Assembly (NCBI GenBank): GCA_041577335.1
Contig: JBFGJH010000035.1
Location: forward strand, 1 to 33,779
Direction of reading: 5' to 3'
Origin: Acidimicrobiia bacterium
GTDB taxonomy: Bacteria > Actinomycetota > Acidimicrobiia > Spongiisociales > JAENVV01
DNA: 33,779 bases
The notes beneath the pieces were generated by a model. The model did not search any database. It worked only from the letters and a program-made list of their open reading frames with translations, and was not told the DNA's origin. Both the position numbers and the translations under genes were made by a program. Positions 30,029 through 33,779 of this stretch are shown here, one piece after another; position 1 is the stretch's first letter; every line of letters starts with the position of its first letter.

Positions 30029-31578
30029 GGCACGATCACGCTGACGCCCGGCTCGACCGATCCCGATTCGATTTCAACGAGCCCACCGGCATAGAACCCA
30101 GGTTCGACACGCACCAAAGTCGTCGATCCGTCGCCCTGCACCACCTCTACGGCGTAGCCGCCCTCGGCGAGAGCAACCAAAGCCGATACAGGAACAGCTA
30201 CGACGTTGATCACCGAATCGGCCACCACTGAAACGTCGACCGGGGCTTGTTCCAAGTCGGCAGCTTGCGACGGATCGTCGAGCACCACCTCGATCTCGAA
30301 CACGGCGCCCAGCTGATCTGCCGAAGTCGTGGCAGTTTCTGCAACGAAAGACACGGTACCGGGAACCTCTTCGCCGTCGGGTAGCTCGATCGTCACCGTA
30401 TCGCCCACGGCCACCAACCCCTGGTCGGCAGCAGGAAGGTCAAACGACACGATCTTGTCAGGGCTGCTCAAAGCAATCACGGGCGCACCGGCATTCACGG
30501 TGGTCCCGACTTCTGCGTTGACGTCGGTAACCCTCACCGAGGTATCGGAGAACCGGACCTCGCCGGCCGCGAGCATCCCGTCGATGGTCGCCCCAATCGA
30601 CGTCTGCAATTCCCTGATCGCACTGACGGTGGCCACATCAAAGACACCATCGGCGTTCAGGGCACCCGCAGCATCGAACCCCAAGGCAGAGAGTGCTTGC
30701 TCGAGCTGCTCAACATCGGGACCCTCCAACCCATCACCCCTCGTGAGGATCAGCAACGGATTGCCGTCGCCGACTCTGTCGCCCACCTCAACCAATGCGT
30801 CGACAACCTGGGCAGCCGCCGGAATGAACACAACGTCAGCCACCGTGACGATTCCATCTTCCTCGACGCCCAGGTCTTCTTGCCAGCGCTCGACCATATC
30901 CTGGGTCGACTGGCTGAATTCCTCGTCGACTGTGACCGTGCCTTCGTTATACCCAAGGTCGGTGAGAGCCTGCTCGAGTTGGGCTACATCGGGGCCTGTC
31001 ATGTTCTCGGAGAGATCTTGAAGTGTCCGGTACATGGGGATGTCGCCGTACAGCACCACGATGGGTTCCCCGTCAACTCGAGCGATGACGTCTCCCTGCT
31101 CAACGATCGACCCTGCTGAGACCACTTCTGTGATGGTGCCGGGTAGCCGTACCTCAACTGATTGCGTCCCCTCGGCCAGGCGGAAGTCGCGGAATGCGGC
31201 CTTCGAACCGGCCAACAGCACCACGGGCTCGCCGTCCACCGCGAAAGCCACGTCACCGGCGTCGATGGTATCTCCGGCTTCTGGCGTGAAACTGATGACG
31301 CCTGACACGGGAGCCACCAGCGAGTCGTCTTCCGTTGTCCCCAAAGTCCCGTCGTATACCGTCTCGTCGATGAGGTCGGTCCGGACAACTTCGGACGTGT
31401 TGGCCGGCCCTTCCGACGTAACCTCGTCCGCCTCGGGCTCCGGTGCGAGCACGACCGCTGCAACAACGATCGCCGCTACCACGACCGCACCTGCCACCAG
31501 CCACGGCCACCAGCTGCGCCTGGGGTGGTGCTCTTCGTCTCTGGTCGCCATGTCTTTGCGCTCCACCACATCGGTCAT
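30025..31578 (-). CDS. Membrane-fusion (periplasmic adaptor-like) protein with two peptidoglycan-binding domains
   Basis: N-terminal TM helix; two GPDV..LEQAL..LG PG-binding repeats; lipoyl-like half motifs; C-terminal AVPVSAL...G.VEI. Start ATG 31578 (AGGAG SD) or 31551. Confidence 0.85.
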   Translation of the reverse strand: MTDVVERKDMATRDEEHHPRRSWWPWLVAGAVVVAAIVVAAVVLAPEPEADEVTSEGPANTSEVVRTDLIDETVYDGTLGTTEDDSLVAPVSGVISFTPEAGDTIDAGDVAFAVDGEPVVLLAGSKAAFRDFRLAEGTQSVEVRLPGTITEVVSAGSIVEQGDVIARVDGEPIVVLYGDIPMYRTLQDLSENMTGPDVAQLEQALTDLGYNEGTVTVDEEFSQSTQDMVERWQEDLGVEEDGIVTVADVVFIPAAAQVVDALVEVGDRVGDGNPLLILTRGDGLEGPDVEQLEQALSALGFDAAGALNADGVFDVATVSAIRELQTSIGATIDGMLAAGEVRFSDTSVRVTDVNAEVGTTVNAGAPVIALSSPDKIVSFDLPAADQGLVAVGDTVTIELPDGEEVPGTVSFVAETATTSADQLGAVFEIEVVLDDPSQAADLEQAPVDVSVVADSVINVVAVPVSALVALAEGGYAVEVVQGDGSTTLVRVEPGFYAGGLVEIESGSVEPGVSVIVP

Positions 31579-31728
31579 TCGTCGTTGTCTCCTGCTAAAC
31601 ACGGGTCGCACCTGCGCCGGGCGGTTCACGTTGGCCTCGATACTGCCATGCCACGGCGATCCGACGGTAGCGATCCTCGTTACTGCAGATGGCAACCAAC
31701 CATGCAATTCCTGCGAAGCCGATGTGAA

Positions 31729-32415
31729 TCAGCAGTAGCCGTCGACCGTGCAGATAACGCCGTCCGATGGACTCGTATTGACGAAGAAATCGGCCACGGC
31801 CGGCACCAAAGTGTCGGCGGGCTGAAATCCCCTGGTCACCAGACTCAGGTCGTCGCCGTCTCGAAGCAGAAGCGCCGGGAAACCAGCGATGCCCCAACTC
31901 CGCGCCGTGGAGAAGTCGTTCCAGGCCGCCCAATGGGCCTCATCGCCCGTGAAAGCGTCGAGGAACTCCTGGGTGTCGTCGATGAACCCTGCAACGAGCT
32001 GTGGATATGCGCCAGGATCGGTGATATCGATGCCCTCGGCATAGAACGCTCGTTGCAGACGGGTGAAGAATGCGAGTTCGGCATCGGGCCGGAGTCGGCG
32101 CATCGTGACCACCGCCATGGCAGGCAGCTCCGTGTCATACACCCAACCGTCGTCCCGAGCCAGGAAGGTGGCATCGAAGGGTTGGCCGGATCGGGACGCT
32201 ACGTGATCCCACGTTTGCTCCAGGTACGAGCGCATCCGATCGTCGAGCTTTTCCGCCGATTCGCCGGGCCGGAGGCCCCCAACAACGATGCGAATCGGAA
32301 TGTTGAACCCGTCACGCAGTTGCTCCACCGCCGGCGCAAATCCCCAACACCACGAGCACATGGGATCCGCGACATAGACAAACTCGAAATTGTGCGCGGG
32401 CAAGCCTTCGCTCAT
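31729..32415 (-). CDS. DsbA-family thioredoxin-fold protein
   Basis: DPMCSWCWGF CxxC, GGL, SGQPF, YDTE, GIAGFPAL cis-Pro loop. ATG overlaps the lipoprotein stop. Confidence 0.88.
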   Translation of the reverse strand: MSEGLPAHNFEFVYVADPMCSWCWGFAPAVEQLRDGFNIPIRIVVGGLRPGESAEKLDDRMRSYLEQTWDHVASRSGQPFDATFLARDDGWVYDTELPAMAVVTMRRLRPDAELAFFTRLQRAFYAEGIDITDPGAYPQLVAGFIDDTQEFLDAFTGDEAHWAAWNDFSTARSWGIAGFPALLLRDGDDLSLVTRGFQPADTLVPAVADFFVNTSPSDGVICTVDGYC

Positions 32416-32972
32416 CCGCCGAAGCCGAGGCCGCTGAGTAGGTCATCGCAGGCCTCGTTGGCCTCCACGAAATCGGGGTCGTTGAAGTCGACATCACCGA
32501 ACGGCCCAGTCGGCGGTTGATCTGCATCAAATCCCAGATTCGAGAAATCCGGGTCGGGAAGGTCAAAGCCGTTGTCCCTCATACAGGCTGAGTACTCGAG
32601 CAGGGTGTCTTGGAGAGCCGTGAAGTCGAAGTCTCGCGTGAATCCGATGACGACCGCCTGGAGTTCCTCTTCGCACCCCTCGAGAGCCGTTTCGAGTTCG
32701 TCCTGATCGATGGGGTTTTCGAGGTCCTGCTGGGGGAATTGAACGTTGCCATCCGCATCGACGGTCGGGTCGTCGACTTCGAGGCCACCCTCTCGCAAGC
32801 ATTCGATGAGCGCAATCGCCGCTTGTTCCTGGTCCACTTCCTCGGCCGGCTCGGTAGCGGTGGTCACAACGGTTGTGGTGGCGTCGAGGGACGCGACCCC
32901 ATCAGCCTCATCATCGCCACCGCAGGCGGCGAACAAGACCACGAAGACGAGAAATACTGCGGAGGATCTCAT
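32412..32972 (-). CDS. Acidic lipoprotein with two Cys-pair repeats
   Basis: Lipobox FAAC-G; repeats CLREGGLEVDDP...ALEGC and CMRDNGFDLPDP...ANEAC. Confidence 0.8.
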   Translation of the reverse strand: MRSSAVFLVFVVLFAACGGDDEADGVASLDATTTVVTTATEPAEEVDQEQAAIALIECLREGGLEVDDPTVDADGNVQFPQQDLENPIDQDELETALEGCEEELQAVVIGFTRDFDFTALQDTLLEYSACMRDNGFDLPDPDFSNLGFDADQPPTGPFGDVDFNDPDFVEANEACDDLLSGLGFGG

Positions 32973-32988
32973 GATTGAGATTGCCAGC

Positions 32989-33372
32989 CTACCGAGGTCC
33001 GGGGTTTAGTTGGGAGGCGGCCAGCCGCCCGGCTCGGGCGCCAATGTAGAAGGCGACCACGCCAAACGCCAGCGCCGCCAGCAGAGCAAAGAGCGAGAGC
33101 GCAATCGACGTCGTCCTGTTGAAGGGCAAGAAAACGAGGGCCCCCACACCGCCGGTCGCCAAGATCGACCCAGCGACTATCTCCATGGGTCCAGCTGCCA
33201 GTTGAGCGGCGCTCCACGCCTCCGGGTGACGGCGCGTCGTTGGGGTGCGCACGCCGATGAGCCGACTGCTCTCGAGTCGGTTTTCGCGAGACCGCCGGCC
33301 GATCCCAACGGTCGCCACCCCGCCCAGCATGGCGACCAAACCCAAACCGAGCCCAAGCACCCATGCCACCAC
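32989..33372 (-). CDS. SdpI/YhfL family membrane protein
   Basis: IGVRTPTTRRHPEAWSAAQLAAG matches the G.RT..T...EAW..A pattern; three TM helices. GTG 33372 with -10 TATTGT 6 nt upstream. Confidence 0.7.
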   Translation of the reverse strand: MVAWVLGLGLGLVAMLGGVATVGIGRRSRENRLESSRLIGVRTPTTRRHPEAWSAAQLAAGPMEIVAGSILATGGVGALVFLPFNRTTSIALSLFALLAALAFGVVAFYIGARAGRLAASQLNPGPR

Positions 33373-33424
33373 GTACAGACAATATCGATCTCTGCGGAGG
33401 CCCGGGTGGATCCGGAGGTTCGGG

Positions 33425-33778
33425 TCAGAGCTGCTGCTCGGTCCACGGGCCGCCTTTTCGCATATTGGCAAAGAGCTCCTTGCGCCTCTCAGCGATCGTC
33501 TGACCCGACTCGCGTTGCCGTGCTCTCACCTGTCGGATCTCGGTGCGGATCGACCACCAGTAGACTGCGTTAACCGCAACTGCGTAGAGCACGTGAGCGA
33601 GATCCGACTGCCAGGCGAACCAGCCGACCAGGAAGAGCGGTCCGGAGCCATAGGCGAGCAGAATATCGCCGAGCGCCAGACCTGACACCAGCCCGGCGCC
33701 AGTCGTGATGGGGACGGCCAGCAGGTCGATGAACAGCAAGCCGCCCAGGTAGGGCGATATCCCTTTACCCCCGACAAA
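33425..33778 (-). CDS. Partial membrane protein (C-terminal part), PlsY glycerol-3-phosphate acyltransferase-like
   Basis: Frame is open to the window edge; FVGGKGISPYLG resembles the PlsY FxGGKG motif; hydrophobic helices follow. Confidence 0.5.
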   Translation of the reverse strand, partial: FVGGKGISPYLGGLLFIDLLAVPITTGAGLVSGLALGDILLAYGSGPLFLVGWFAWQSDLAHVLYAVAVNAVYWWSIRTEIRQVRARQRESGQTIAERRKELFANMRKGGPWTEQQL

Positions 33779-33779
33779 C

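Overview
High-GC bacterial chromosome segment, most likely actinobacterial; an Acidimicrobiia-like lineage is an inference from gene style, frequent leaderless promoters and an F420-dependent enzyme. It holds about 36 coding genes, mostly metabolic or envelope-related. These include a translationally coupled histidine-utilisation operon hutU-hutF-hutI-def-hutH with a peptide deformylase and no hutG, a stand-alone LigD-type primase-polymerase coupled to an ASCH + fumarylacetoacetate-hydrolase fusion, and a lower meta-cleavage trio (hydratase, acylating acetaldehyde dehydrogenase, aldolase). Also present are an iodotyrosine-deiodinase-like flavoprotein, a Tat-exported cyclase, and a same-strand envelope cluster (SdpI-like, Cys-repeat lipoprotein, DsbA-like, peptidoglycan-binding adaptor with a nested internal duplication, MacB-type ABC transporter). 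The only long non-coding stretch (27544-28148) is highly structured, with nested stems, a REP-like palindrome and a 32-bp direct repeat. No rRNA, tRNA, CRISPR array, transposase or integrase was recognised. All functional calls come from motif recognition by eye; no database searches were run.
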